Shown here in pieces: positions 48,379 to 57,637 of a DNA stretch of 62,060 bases. The position numbers and the translations under genes were made by a program. Position 1 is the first letter of the stretch. The number at the start of each line of letters is the position of its first letter. Below the pieces are notes generated by a model. That model ran no database searches and had not been told where the DNA came from. It saw nothing but the letters and a program-made list of their open reading frames with translations. This DNA comes from Dehalococcoidia bacterium. Its GTDB lineage: Bacteria > Chloroflexota > Dehalococcoidia > Tepidiformales > Tepidiformaceae. The stretch spans positions 1 through 62,060 of the forward strand of contig JADLBJ010000035.1 in assembly GCA_020847765.1 (NCBI GenBank). Reading direction: 5' to 3'.

Positions 48379-49191
48379 ATGACAGTCCGCGAGGTCATCC
48401 TTGCCCGCTCCGCCAGCCAGCCCTGGCGCCTGGGGCGCTACGTCGCCTGGGTGCCGGGCTTCGCGCGCGACTTCGGATTCGTAGTCGGTGTGCTGCTGGT
48501 CTATTTCGTGGTTCGCGGCCAGGCGCCAGCGCCAGAGGGATTCGCCGTCACCGTGACGGAGTGGCTCGTCCAGCTCGAGCGGGACACCCACACCTTCTGG
48601 GAGCCGCGCGTCCAGGAGATCTCAATCCAGTGGCATGCCGTGCAGGAGGTGGCGAACTTCGTCTATGCCTACCTGCACTTCCCCGTGCTGATCGTCGTCG
48701 GCACCTGGCTCTGGTTCCGCGGCCGCCAGCGCTTCCTCTTCATGCGCAACGTGATGTTCATTTCGATGGTCTTCGGGCTGCTCTTCTACTATCTCGTGCC
48801 CGCCGCACCACCCCGCCTGCTCGCCCTTCACGGCTACGACCTCGGCTTCACAGACACAGTTTTCGGCGGGAACACGGCGGTGACCTACGCCCAGCCGTCG
48901 CTCATCCTGAACAACTACGCTGCCGTGCCGAGCTTCCACTTCGGCTGGATCGCCCTCGCCTCAGCGGCCATCTGGGTGAACAGCGGCAACTGGTTGCTGC
49001 GCGCAGTCGGCGTCCTCCTCAGCGTTGTCATGTCATGGGCGATTGTGGCCAGCGCCAACCACCTGTTCGTGGACATGGCCCTCGGCGGCGCGATCGTGGG
49101 CTTCTCCTGGTGGCTGGCGCGTATGGCCGAGCGGCGTCGCGCTTCCAGCCGGCCCAACGTCGCGTCGGCCAATGAGCCCTCTGCCTCCTGA
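48379..49191 (+). CDS. PAP2-superfamily membrane protein (Aur1/Ipt1-like PAP2_3 domain)
   Basis: It has multiple TM helices and the phosphatase-type motifs AVPSFHFGW and SANHLFVDMALG. ATG at 48379 follows GAGGA. Confidence 0.65.
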   Translation: MTVREVILARSASQPWRLGRYVAWVPGFARDFGFVVGVLLVYFVVRGQAPAPEGFAVTVTEWLVQLERDTHTFWEPRVQEISIQWHAVQEVANFVYAYLHFPVLIVVGTWLWFRGRQRFLFMRNVMFISMVFGLLFYYLVPAAPPRLLALHGYDLGFTDTVFGGNTAVTYAQPSLILNNYAAVPSFHFGWIALASAAIWVNSGNWLLRAVGVLLSVVMSWAIVASANHLFVDMALGGAIVGFSWWLARMAERRRASSRPNVASANEPSAS

Positions 49192-49245
49192 TCGGCTCAG
49201 CGCCAGGGAGCGAGAACCACGCTACGAAGCGACCACCGTGCGCGC

Positions 49246-50130
49246 CTACCAGCCGCGCGTCGCCAGCAGCTCGCCCTCCGGGAGGGACTTCACCGCCAGG
49301 CCGCGCATCGCCGAGCCGAGGCCGGTGCTGACGCGGGCGATCGTCTCCGCGTCCTGGTAGTGCGTCGTCGCCTCGACGATCGACCGGGCGAACTTCTCCG
49401 GGCTGGCCGACTTGAAGATGCCGGAGCCGACGAACACGCCGTCGGCGCCCAGGCGCATCATCAGCGCCGCGTCGGCGGGGGTGGCCACCCCCCCGGCTGC
49501 GAAGTTCACCACCGGCAGGCGGCCCTCACGCTTCACCTGCTGCACCAGCGCCAGCGGTGCCCCTAGCTCTTTCGCCGTCGTGTAGATCTCGTCGTCGGGC
49601 ATGTTCTGGATGCGCCGCATCTCGTCCTGCACGGTGCGCATGTGGCGGACGGCCTCGACGATGTCACCCGTGCCCGCCTCGCCCTTCGTGCGGATCATCG
49701 CCGCGCCCTCGCCGATGCGGCGAAGGGCCTCGCCCAGATCGCGGCAGCCGCACACGAAAGGCACGGTGAACGCGTGCTTGTCGATGTGGTGGCTCTCGTC
49801 CGCAGGCGTGAGCACTTCCGACTCGTCGACGTAGTCGACGCCGAGCGCCTGGAGCACCTCGGCTTCGACGAAATGGCCGATGCGCGCCTTCGCCATCACG
49901 GGAATGGTAACGGCCTCGATGATGCCGCGAATCATCTCGGGGTCGCTCATCCGCGCCACGCCGCCATCGCGGCGGATGTCGGCCGGCACCCGTTCGAGCG
50001 CCATGACCGCGCAGGCGCCGGCCTCCTCCGCAATCTTCGCGTGCTCGGGCGTGACAACGTCCATGATCACGCCGCCTTTCAGCATCTGCGCGAGCCCGGC
50101 TTTCACAGCCCAGGTGCCCGTTTGTGCCAT
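49246..50130 (-). CDS. pdxS: Pyridoxal 5'-phosphate synthase, lyase subunit
   Basis: Diagnostic blocks are [27 protein letters not shown], and [23 protein letters not shown]. Confidence 0.95.
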   Translation of the reverse strand: MAQTGTWAVKAGLAQMLKGGVIMDVVTPEHAKIAEEAGACAVMALERVPADIRRDGGVARMSDPEMIRGIIEAVTIPVMAKARIGHFVEAEVLQALGVDYVDESEVLTPADESHHIDKHAFTVPFVCGCRDLGEALRRIGEGAAMIRTKGEAGTGDIVEAVRHMRTVQDEMRRIQNMPDDEIYTTAKELGAPLALVQQVKREGRLPVVNFAAGGVATPADAALMMRLGADGVFVGSGIFKSASPEKFARSIVEATTHYQDAETIARVSTGLGSAMRGLAVKSLPEGELLATRGW

Positions 50131-50252
50131 CGGATTCCTCCTGGCGGCGATGATGGCCGCCCGTGTTCTCAGGAAGTGGGTGTGGTTCCCAGTCTAGGGG
50201 CGCCAGCGGGCACCGAATAGGACCACTTTCGCGCGCTGAGAGCGCTGCAGCG

Positions 50253-50915
50253 CTACCGGCGGCGGATCAGCGTCACCCCGTCGCGGACGGGCAGGAGCAC
50301 GCACTCCACCCGCTCGTCGGCGACGACCATGGCGTTGAAGGCGCGGATGGCGCGGGCGTCGGCGTCGCCGGAGGCCTCCTCGAGCACCTGCCCGCTCCAG
50401 AGGACGTTGTCGACGGCGATGGTGCCGCGGGGGGAAAGCTTCGCCAGCGCGGCCTCGTAGTAGCTCGCGTAGTTGCCCTTGTCGGCGTCGACGAACACGA
50501 AGTCGAACGGCCCTTCGAGCGTCGCCAGCGTCTGCAAGGCCGGCCCCAGCCGGACCTCGACGCGCCCGGCATAGGGTGAGGCGGCGACGTGGCGCCGGGC
50601 GATGGTCGCGTGCTCGGGGTCGAGCTCGAGGGTGACGATTCGCCCGCCGGGTGGCAGCCCCGCAGCCATCGCCAGCGCCGAGTAGCCAGTGAACGTGCCG
50701 ATCTCGAGGACGCGCTGCGCCTGCAGCATGGCAACGAGCATGGCCAGCAGGCCGCCTTCGAGCGGGCCCACCATCATCTGCGCCGACTGCGTGACGCGCC
50801 GGGTCTCCTCGGCAAGAGCGGCCAGGTAAGGCGGCTCGGGGCTCGTATGCGCCTCGGCATACGCCTCGATCCCCGGCAGGGCGAGGGTCGGCATCCGGTC
50901 GGCGGGCTGGCTCAT
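50253..50915 (-). CDS. Class I SAM-dependent O-methyltransferase (caffeoyl-CoA OMT-like)
   Basis: Diagnostic blocks are VLEIGTFTGYSALAMA and FDFVFVDADKGNYASYYE. I chose the start at MSQPADRM (50915). Confidence 0.85.
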   Translation of the reverse strand: MSQPADRMPTLALPGIEAYAEAHTSPEPPYLAALAEETRRVTQSAQMMVGPLEGGLLAMLVAMLQAQRVLEIGTFTGYSALAMAAGLPPGGRIVTLELDPEHATIARRHVAASPYAGRVEVRLGPALQTLATLEGPFDFVFVDADKGNYASYYEAALAKLSPRGTIAVDNVLWSGQVLEEASGDADARAIRAFNAMVVADERVECVLLPVRDGVTLIRRR

Positions 50916-50960
50916 CGCGCAATGGCAGCATACCGCTCGCCGCCCGGCGCCGGGAGCCAC

Positions 50961-51662
50961 TTACTCCGAGTCGTCGCGTGAGAGAGCCGGGATCGTGAGC
51001 GTGAACGACCCTCCCACTGGCTCCGGCGTCGGCGAAGGCGTCACCGTGGGCGTTGGCGTGGCCGTCCGGGTAGGTGTGGCCGTCGCGGTCGCCGGTGGCG
51101 AAGCGCTGGCGGAGGCCGTCGCCGTGGCACCGCCGCCCGGCCAGGGCGCGGCCGAATCGTCGTAGCTGCCGAAGTCGGTGGTCCAGGCGAGGCCCTTCTG
51201 GGCGATGCCGATCACCTGGAAGCGCGGATCGACCATGTTCTTGTAGTGGTCGGAGGAGGTCTTCCACAACTGGAATGCATAGAGGGCGGTGGGTGCCCCG
51301 TAGAGGATGTTCTCCCCCCAGTAGGAAGGCGGGTAGCCGCAGTCCCGGAAGCGCTTCCCCGGGTCGCGCCCGGTCGAGTCGTAGTGCGAAAGAGCGGGCG
51401 GCGGGCCCGCGCTGGAGTCGGCCGACTTCCAGGCCGCGGCCTGCGAGAGCGCCGGCGAGGCCTTGAGCGCCGCGACGCCCTTCGCCGCCCGCTCCGCGTT
51501 GATGGCGGTGAGGAAGTTCTCTTCCTCCGCGCTGAGGCCGGTCTTGACGACGTCGCAGCCTGGGCTGGCAAGCGCCGGACGTACACCACCGCTGCCCAGC
51601 CGGAACAGGGCGACGAGCAGCAGGGCAGCGCCCAGCAGCGCCAGGGGCATCAGCCTGGGCAT
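50961..51662 (-). CDS. Secreted CAP/SCP (PR-1-like) domain protein with a Thr/Pro/Ala-rich C-terminal extension
   Basis: A signal peptide is present (MPRLMPLALLGAALLLVALF). The CAP blocks are FLTAINAERAAKGVAAL, GENILYG, and HYKNMVDPRFQVIG. Confidence 0.8.
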   Translation of the reverse strand: MPRLMPLALLGAALLLVALFRLGSGGVRPALASPGCDVVKTGLSAEEENFLTAINAERAAKGVAALKASPALSQAAAWKSADSSAGPPPALSHYDSTGRDPGKRFRDCGYPPSYWGENILYGAPTALYAFQLWKTSSDHYKNMVDPRFQVIGIAQKGLAWTTDFGSYDDSAAPWPGGGATATASASASPPATATATPTRTATPTPTVTPSPTPEPVGGSFTLTIPALSRDDSE

Positions 51663-51812
51663 CGCTTTCGCCTGCGGCCGCAGATTGGGTGGGGGCAACC
51701 CGAGCCGTCACCGGCACGCTACCACGCCTCACCGTTATGTGGTCCACTCCGACGCGCCCCGCCGGCGGCCTGAGCCCTGCTATGCTGCGGGCGGGCTGCC
51801 GCCCTCACCGCC

Positions 51813-52487
51813 ATGCCAGTGCGCCCGCGAAAGCCGCCGACCCGCGTCCTCATCGCCCGCCATGGCCAGACCGAGAGCAACCGGGACGGCCGTTTTTGCG
51901 GCCATGCGGAGACAGCGCTGACCGACCTGGGGCGAGCGCAGGCGGCAGCCCTCGGCCGGCGCCTCGGCGAAGTGCCGATCGCCGCCTGCTACACGAGCGA
52001 CTTCTCCCGCGCCGTCGACACGGCCGCCATCGCGCTCGCGGGCCGAGAGATAACTCCCCGCGTCGATCTCCACCTGCGTGAGATCAGCTACGGCGCCTGG
52101 GAGCTCGAACGCGAGCGCGATATTGCGCGCAGCCACCCGGAAGAGTTCGCCCGCATGCGCTCCGAGGACCCCGCCTGGCAGCCGCCCGGGGGCGAAACGA
52201 TTGCGCAAGTGCGCGCCCGGACCCACGCCGCTCTTCTGCGCGTCGCTCACCGCCACCGACACGAGACGGCGCTTGTCGTCGCCCATGGCACCGCGATCCA
52301 GTGCATGCTCGCCGAAGTGCTGGGCATGCGCCCCGAGTTCACCTTCCGCTTCGCCGTCGCGAACTGCGCGCTTTCGGAAGTGACCGTGCTGCGGGGCAAG
52401 CCGACGGTGACGCTCCTGAACGAGACGCTTCACCTTCGGGGCCTTCAGGGCGAAGCCGCGGACGCCCCCGGCAAGCGGCAAGCATGA
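51813..52487 (+). CDS. Histidine phosphatase family protein (phosphoglycerate-mutase-like)
   Basis: The RHG motif (LIARHGQTESN) is present, with a later VVAHG block. Confidence 0.85.
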   Translation: MPVRPRKPPTRVLIARHGQTESNRDGRFCGHAETALTDLGRAQAAALGRRLGEVPIAACYTSDFSRAVDTAAIALAGREITPRVDLHLREISYGAWELERERDIARSHPEEFARMRSEDPAWQPPGGETIAQVRARTHAALLRVAHRHRHETALVVAHGTAIQCMLAEVLGMRPEFTFRFAVANCALSEVTVLRGKPTVTLLNETLHLRGLQGEAADAPGKRQA

Positions 52488-53302
52488 TTCCCATCGGCGA
52501 CAGCCCCCGCCCGCAGCGCACAGCCTACGTCAACTACGCGCTCATCGCGCTCAACGTCGCTGTCTTCCTCTACATGCTGACGCTTGCCACGGCCGTCCCG
52601 AAGGATCAGCGTCAGGCGAACGCGGAGTTCCGCCAGCAGGAAAGCGGTGTCTGCTACACCTTCCCAGGCGCACCCAGCGACCTGGAGCGCTTCTACTGCC
52701 GCTGGTCGTTCCAGCCGAAGGAGTTCTTCGACAACGTCCGCGGCGACCTCGCCGTGCCGAACGTCGATCGGGGGCAGGTCTGGCTCTCGATCCTCACGTC
52801 GCTTTTCCTTCATGCCGGCTGGCTGCACATCCTCGGGAATATGCTGTTTCTCTGGGTCTTCGGCGACAACGTCGAAGACCGGCTGGGGCACGCCGGCTAC
52901 CTTGTCTTCTACCTGCTCGCCGGCGTCGTCGCCTCCCTTCTACAGGGCGCGATCGACGCGACCAGCGTCGTGCCCGTCGTCGGCGCAAGCGGCGCGATCG
53001 CCGGCGTCCTGGGGGCGTACATCGTCTACTACCCGCGGGCGACGATCAGCGTCGTCATCCCCTTCTTCATCCTCATCTTCATCCCGTTGCCCGTACCCGC
53101 GCTCGTGATGATCGGCCTCTGGTTCCTGCAGAACCTGCTCGCGGGCTTTGCGACCATAGGTCAGGCGGGCACACCGGACTCCGGCGTCGCCTTCTTCGCC
53201 CACGTGGGAGGCTTCCTGTTCGGGATGTTCGCGGTGCTTCTCTTCCTGAGACGCGCCGACTCCCGGCGGGCTCCTCCCCGCTGGCGCACGGGCGACGAGT
53301 AA
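52484..53302 (+). CDS. Rhomboid family intramembrane serine protease
   Basis: The motifs are HAGWLHILGNMLFLWVFG, the catalytic GASGAIAG, and AHVGG. Its ATG overlaps the upstream stop (ATGA). Confidence 0.9.
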   Translation: MIPIGDSPRPQRTAYVNYALIALNVAVFLYMLTLATAVPKDQRQANAEFRQQESGVCYTFPGAPSDLERFYCRWSFQPKEFFDNVRGDLAVPNVDRGQVWLSILTSLFLHAGWLHILGNMLFLWVFGDNVEDRLGHAGYLVFYLLAGVVASLLQGAIDATSVVPVVGASGAIAGVLGAYIVYYPRATISVVIPFFILIFIPLPVPALVMIGLWFLQNLLAGFATIGQAGTPDSGVAFFAHVGGFLFGMFAVLLFLRRADSRRAPPRWRTGDE

Positions 53303-53405
53303 CGCCGCGCGCGTAGCCTTTCCGGGCGGCCGGCTATACTGCCGAGGGGTGAGGGGCCGCCGCCCACGTGGCGGGGGCAGGAAGGCCCGAGGGGGCTCGA
53401 CGGGC

Positions 53406-54968
53406 ATGCGCAACCAGAGTGGGCCGGCTCCCGGCGCAGCTCTCTTCCAGGCGGCCCGCGACGGTGACGAGGCTGCTTTCCTCGCCCTCGTCGACGCCTG
53501 GCTTCCCGCCCTGTACGACTTCGCCGCCCGCCTCCTCGGCGACGAGGACGCGGCCGCAGCGGTTGTCCAGGCCGCGTTCGCGCAGGCGCTCGACGCCCTG
53601 GCTGTGGCCCCGGCGGGAGAGAGCCCCGGCCTCTGGCTGTTCGCCCTGGCGTGCCCGATCGCCCTGGCGGCCGCGTCGCCGATCGCCGCCCGCGCCCTGC
53701 CAGCGAGCTTCGACGCGGCCCGGCTCCAGGGCGCGCTGCCCGCCCGCCCACCGCTCGCCACCGCTGTCTCCGCCGCGGCCGCCGCGCTGGCGCCCCGCCA
53801 TCGCGCCCTGCTCGACCTTCATCTGCGCCACGACCTGAACGCCGACGTGGTCGGCCGCGTGCTAGGACTTTCGTCGCCGAGTGCCGCAATCCTGCTCGAA
53901 CGGCTAGAGGCAGTCGTCGAGCCACGCCTGGAAGCGGCACTCCTCGTCGCGCTCGGCGGGCCCGCCCGCTGTCCGGGGCTTCGCGGGCTGCTCGGCGGGC
54001 AGCCCCTAGCGGCCCTCCCGCCCGCACGCCGCCGCGAAGCCGAGCAGCATGCCGCCGCCTGCCCGACGTGCACCGACAGGCTGCAGGGCCTGCCGGCCGC
54101 ACTCACGCTGTTCAGCGCGCTCAGCCCCCTCCCACCACCACCCGGCCTCGCGAACGCCGTTCGTGCGACGATTCGCCGCCGCTGGCCGCTGCGCGCCCGA
54201 CCGACCGGACCGATCACCCCGGCCATGGGGCTGGTTCCTCCGCGGCCCGGGCCGCGCCCTCCCAGCCGCGTGCCCCGGCGCTTCGTCGAGTTCGGCGCGG
54301 GGCTGGCGGCGGCGGCCGGCATCGTCGCCCTGGCACTGCTCGCCCCCGCCAGCCCCCTCGCCGTGACCCGCGACCGCAAGAGCGGGGCGCCCGCCTTCCC
54401 GGCAGCGGCAACCACAAACCACCCGGCGAGCGCGAGCGGTCGCCTCTTCCTGCCGGAGGCGACCGCCACACCCGCGACCCGAACGGTCGCGCCCACAGCC
54501 ACAGCCGCCGCCGGGGCAGCAGCGCCCACGCCCTTGCCAACGCGCCCCGCGTCCTCGCCCGCCGTAACGGCGACCGCCGTCCAGCCATCGCCGACAGCCT
54601 TGCCGCAACCCACGCCACCGGCGACGGCCACCCCCGTGCCGCCAGCACCGACACCGGCACCCAGCGCGACCGCGACTGCCTGTGCCTCCGGCCTCTACAC
54701 GAACACCGGCGAGGTCACCCTTCCGGCGTCCGGTGTCTCGTTCTTCCTCGTCTTCAATCAATCGTTCTGCGCGCCCGTCGACTTCGCCGTGCAGGTGACG
54801 GAAGGCTCCGGCTGGTTGCAGGCGGGCAGCGGCGGAACCATACCCTCGGGCGGCAGCGCGCGCGTGGATCTTGTCGCCAGCGTCAGCACGCCCGGGAGCT
54901 ACAGCGGCAAGGTGCGGGTGGCAGGAGGGGGCGTGACCGTCACGGTGAGCGTCGCCTACAGGCGCTGA
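53406..54968 (+). CDS. ECF-type sigma factor fused to a ZAS anti-sigma motif, a TM helix, a Pro/Thr/Ala linker and a C-terminal beta-rich domain
   Basis: A sigma region 2-like block (FLALVDAWLPALYDFAARLLGDEDAAAAVVQAAF) and a region 4-like block (HRALLDLHLRHDLNADVVGRVLGLS) are present. The HxxxCxxC motif is HAAACPTC. The TM helix is FGAGLAAAAGIVALALLA. A low-complexity linker of about 130 aa precedes the C-terminal domain. Confidence 0.7.
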   Translation: MRNQSGPAPGAALFQAARDGDEAAFLALVDAWLPALYDFAARLLGDEDAAAAVVQAAFAQALDALAVAPAGESPGLWLFALACPIALAAASPIAARALPASFDAARLQGALPARPPLATAVSAAAAALAPRHRALLDLHLRHDLNADVVGRVLGLSSPSAAILLERLEAVVEPRLEAALLVALGGPARCPGLRGLLGGQPLAALPPARRREAEQHAAACPTCTDRLQGLPAALTLFSALSPLPPPPGLANAVRATIRRRWPLRARPTGPITPAMGLVPPRPGPRPPSRVPRRFVEFGAGLAAAAGIVALALLAPASPLAVTRDRKSGAPAFPAAATTNHPASASGRLFLPEATATPATRTVAPTATAAAGAAAPTPLPTRPASSPAVTATAVQPSPTALPQPTPPATATPVPPAPTPAPSATATACASGLYTNTGEVTLPASGVSFFLVFNQSFCAPVDFAVQVTEGSGWLQAGSGGTIPSGGSARVDLVASVSTPGSYSGKVRVAGGGVTVTVSVAYRR

Positions 54969-55049
54969 GGGGGGCCCTTCGTTCCTTCCCAGCGTGCAGC
55001 GTCTTTATGATCCTGCAACATTGCCCTTGCTAAGTTAAGGCGACATCAA

Positions 55050-56876
55050 ATGCCGGCCTTCGCTCATCACGGCAGCGATCGCGGCGTCGCGACGCTTAGG
55101 ACGCCATCCCGGCGGCGCCTGCTGCTCGGCGGCGCCCTGGCGCTCGCCATCGCCGTCGGCTGTACCGTCGCCGCCCTCGCCGTCGTCTCGAACAGGGACT
55201 ACCGCGACGCCAACGACGAGGTCGAGCGCAGCCATCACCTGAATGCCTCCCTCGACGCCGTGCTGATCACGATGCTGGACGCCGAGACCGCCATGCGCGG
55301 CTTCGCCCTCACGGGCGACGACTCCTTCCTGCAGCCCTTTACAGACGCGCGTCCGGAGCTCGACGCCCGCTTCGCCGAGATCGAGGCACTGCGCCCGGGC
55401 GCCACACAGGAAGAGCGCCTCATTGAGTTGCGACAATTGGCCGACGAGCGCCTAGCCCTGGCGGGGGAGGTGATCGCGCTCCGTCATACGGCGGGAGCAA
55501 ACGCCGCAGCGGCCGCCATCGCCGGGGGACTCGGAAAGTCCGTCATGGACTCGCTCCGCACGCTCGTCTCGACGATGTCGGCCGACGCGACAGCGACGCT
55601 CGAACGCCGCACCAACAATGCCAGCACCGAGGCAGACGTCGCGCTGGCCACGATGATCGCGCTCGCGGCCATCGACCTGGCACTCCTGAGCACGATCGTC
55701 CTCGTGGGAGTCCGCGAGCTACGCCGCCGCAACCGCGCCACGCGCCGCGCGCTGGACACCGCCCGCGCGCGCTACGAGGCGATCGGCGAGGCGATTCCCC
55801 TCGGTGTCTGGGCCGCGGGGCCGAACGGCGAGATGCAGTATCTGAGCGAGGCGTTCCTGGATCGCACCGGACTCGAATCCCAGGCGGCTCTCGGCTTCGG
55901 CTGGGCCCAGGCAATCGACGAAGAGGTTCGCGAAGCGACCCTGCGCGATTGGCAGGGGACTATCGCCGCGCGCGCCCCCTGGACCTACGAGCTCCGCCTG
56001 CGCGGCCAGGACGGCCGCCTTTGCACAGCCCTGAGCCGCGGCGTCCCCGTGCTGAGCGCGCAGGGAGAGCTCATCGGCTATGCCGGCATCAACCTCGACA
56101 TCTCCGACCGCAAGGAGATGGAAGAGGCCCTCCGCCGCGCGAACTCCGCCAAAGACGAGTTCCTGGGCCTGGTCTCCCACGAGCTGCGCAGCCCACTCAC
56201 GGCCATCCTCGGCAACGCCGCCCTCATCGGCCGGGGCGCCGCCGCCACCGGTGTGGATCCGGGCGAATCGGCTGCCGAGATCGTCCGCCACGCCCAGCGC
56301 CTCCAGCGCCTGATCGAGAACATGCTCATCCTCGCCCGCGAAGAGGCCGGGGCGCACTGGGACCTGGAGCCGCTGCTCGTGCAGCACGCCGTCCGCCCGG
56401 TCGTTGAGCAGCATCGGACCAACTTCCCCGCGTCGCCGGTCGAGCTGGACCTGGCCGCCAACCTCCCGCCCGTGCTGGCCGAGCCAACGTTCTTCGAGCA
56501 GGTGCTCGCGAACCTGTTGAGCAACGCCGCCAAGTACAGCCCTCCGGGCAAGCCCATCGAGATCACGGCCCGATCGGAGGACGACGCCGTGGTCGTCACC
56601 GTCCGCGACCGCGGGCAGGGGATCTCGCCCGAGGAGGTGGAGACGGTGCTCCGGCCGTTCGTCCGCTCCCAGCGAACGGCGGGCATGGCCTCGGGCCTCG
56701 GCCTCGGCCTGGCCGTCTGCCGCCGCCTCGCCGAGGCGATGGGTGGCAGCCTCTTCCTCCAGCCGCGGCCAGGCGGCGGCACCGAGGCGGGCTTCACTCT
56801 GCCCGTCGCCTCCCTCCCCGGCGAGGACGCCACCAGCCCTCTGGAGGCCGCCCCAGAGCTGCTGGAGGCGGGCTGA
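55050..56876 (+). CDS. Sensor histidine kinase: TM, CHASE3, TM, PAS, HisKA and HATPase_c domains
   Basis: The CHASE3-style block is HHLNASLDAVLITMLDAETAMRGFALTGDDSFLQPF. The H-box is SHELRSPLTAILGNA. The N, G1 and G2 boxes are NLLSNAAKYS, RDRGQGI and GLGLGL. Confidence 0.9.
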   Translation: MPAFAHHGSDRGVATLRTPSRRRLLLGGALALAIAVGCTVAALAVVSNRDYRDANDEVERSHHLNASLDAVLITMLDAETAMRGFALTGDDSFLQPFTDARPELDARFAEIEALRPGATQEERLIELRQLADERLALAGEVIALRHTAGANAAAAAIAGGLGKSVMDSLRTLVSTMSADATATLERRTNNASTEADVALATMIALAAIDLALLSTIVLVGVRELRRRNRATRRALDTARARYEAIGEAIPLGVWAAGPNGEMQYLSEAFLDRTGLESQAALGFGWAQAIDEEVREATLRDWQGTIAARAPWTYELRLRGQDGRLCTALSRGVPVLSAQGELIGYAGINLDISDRKEMEEALRRANSAKDEFLGLVSHELRSPLTAILGNAALIGRGAAATGVDPGESAAEIVRHAQRLQRLIENMLILAREEAGAHWDLEPLLVQHAVRPVVEQHRTNFPASPVELDLAANLPPVLAEPTFFEQVLANLLSNAAKYSPPGKPIEITARSEDDAVVVTVRDRGQGISPEEVETVLRPFVRSQRTAGMASGLGLGLAVCRRLAEAMGGSLFLQPRPGGGTEAGFTLPVASLPGEDATSPLEAAPELLEAG

Positions 56877-56921
56877 GCGAGGGCTGCACCAGCTCAGCGC
56901 CGGAGCGGCTAGACTGTCGGC

Positions 56922-57131
56922 GTGCGCATTGTCCGCAAGAGCGTGTCGCTGCCCGCTCACCTGGCCGAAAGCCTGGAGGCGGAAGCGAAGGAGCGCGGAC
57001 TGACATTTTCCGCCCTCCTGGCCGAGAAGGCGGCCCAGCCGCGGCGGCGGTTCGACTGGGTGGGGTCCGTCAGCGACGACGCGGACCTCTCCCTCAAGAT
57101 CGAGGAGATCCTGCGGCGGCTCGACGGTTGA
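56922..57131 (+). CDS. vapB: Type II antitoxin, ribbon-helix-helix (VapB-like)
   Basis: The 69-aa product begins VSLPAHLAESLEAEAKERGLTFSALL (RHH style). Its stop overlaps the PIN gene start. TAGACT lies 6 nt upstream of the GTG. Confidence 0.7.
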   Translation: MRIVRKSVSLPAHLAESLEAEAKERGLTFSALLAEKAAQPRRRFDWVGSVSDDADLSLKIEEILRRLDG

Positions 57132-57577
57132 TCCTCTGCGACGCCGGCCCGATAGTCTCGGCCCTCAACCGGAACGAAGGGCCGCGCTACCGCTTCGCCG
57201 CCGACCTGCTCCAGCTCCACGCCGACCGCGTCGTCGTCCCCTGGCCGATCTATGCCGAAGTCGATTTGCTCCTCCGCCGACGCGGGCGCACCGAGGCAGC
57301 CGCGCTTTTCGGTCGAACGCTCCAGGGCGGCGGCCTCGCCCTCGAAGCGCCGACCTTCACGGAGCTGGGCTCGGCGCTCGACCTGTTGGAGCGGCAGGCC
57401 GCCTACAACCCCAGCCTGGCCGACGCCGTCCTGGCGGCCATGGCCGAGGCGCGCAACGGGCTCGTTCTCACCTGGGATTTCCGCCACCTGCGCGCGCTGC
57501 TCCAGCGTCCGGGCGAGCCCTTGCCCTTCCTCGTCCACGAAGGGGAGTTGCCCGGCAGCCAGCCCCAGGCCGTCTGA
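57128..57577 (+). CDS. vapC: PIN-domain toxin (VapC-like ribonuclease)
   Basis: The acidic residues occur in the canonical order: ILCDAGPIV, IYAEVD, SLADAVLAA and LTWDFRHL. The TTG start overlaps the vapB stop. Confidence 0.8.
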   Translation: MILCDAGPIVSALNRNEGPRYRFAADLLQLHADRVVVPWPIYAEVDLLLRRRGRTEAAALFGRTLQGGGLALEAPTFTELGSALDLLERQAAYNPSLADAVLAAMAEARNGLVLTWDFRHLRALLQRPGEPLPFLVHEGELPGSQPQAV

Positions 57578-57637
57578 CGGCCGCCGCCCCGGGCACACGC
57601 GACAGCACGTGTCGCGATTTCTCGCCACAATGGCCCC

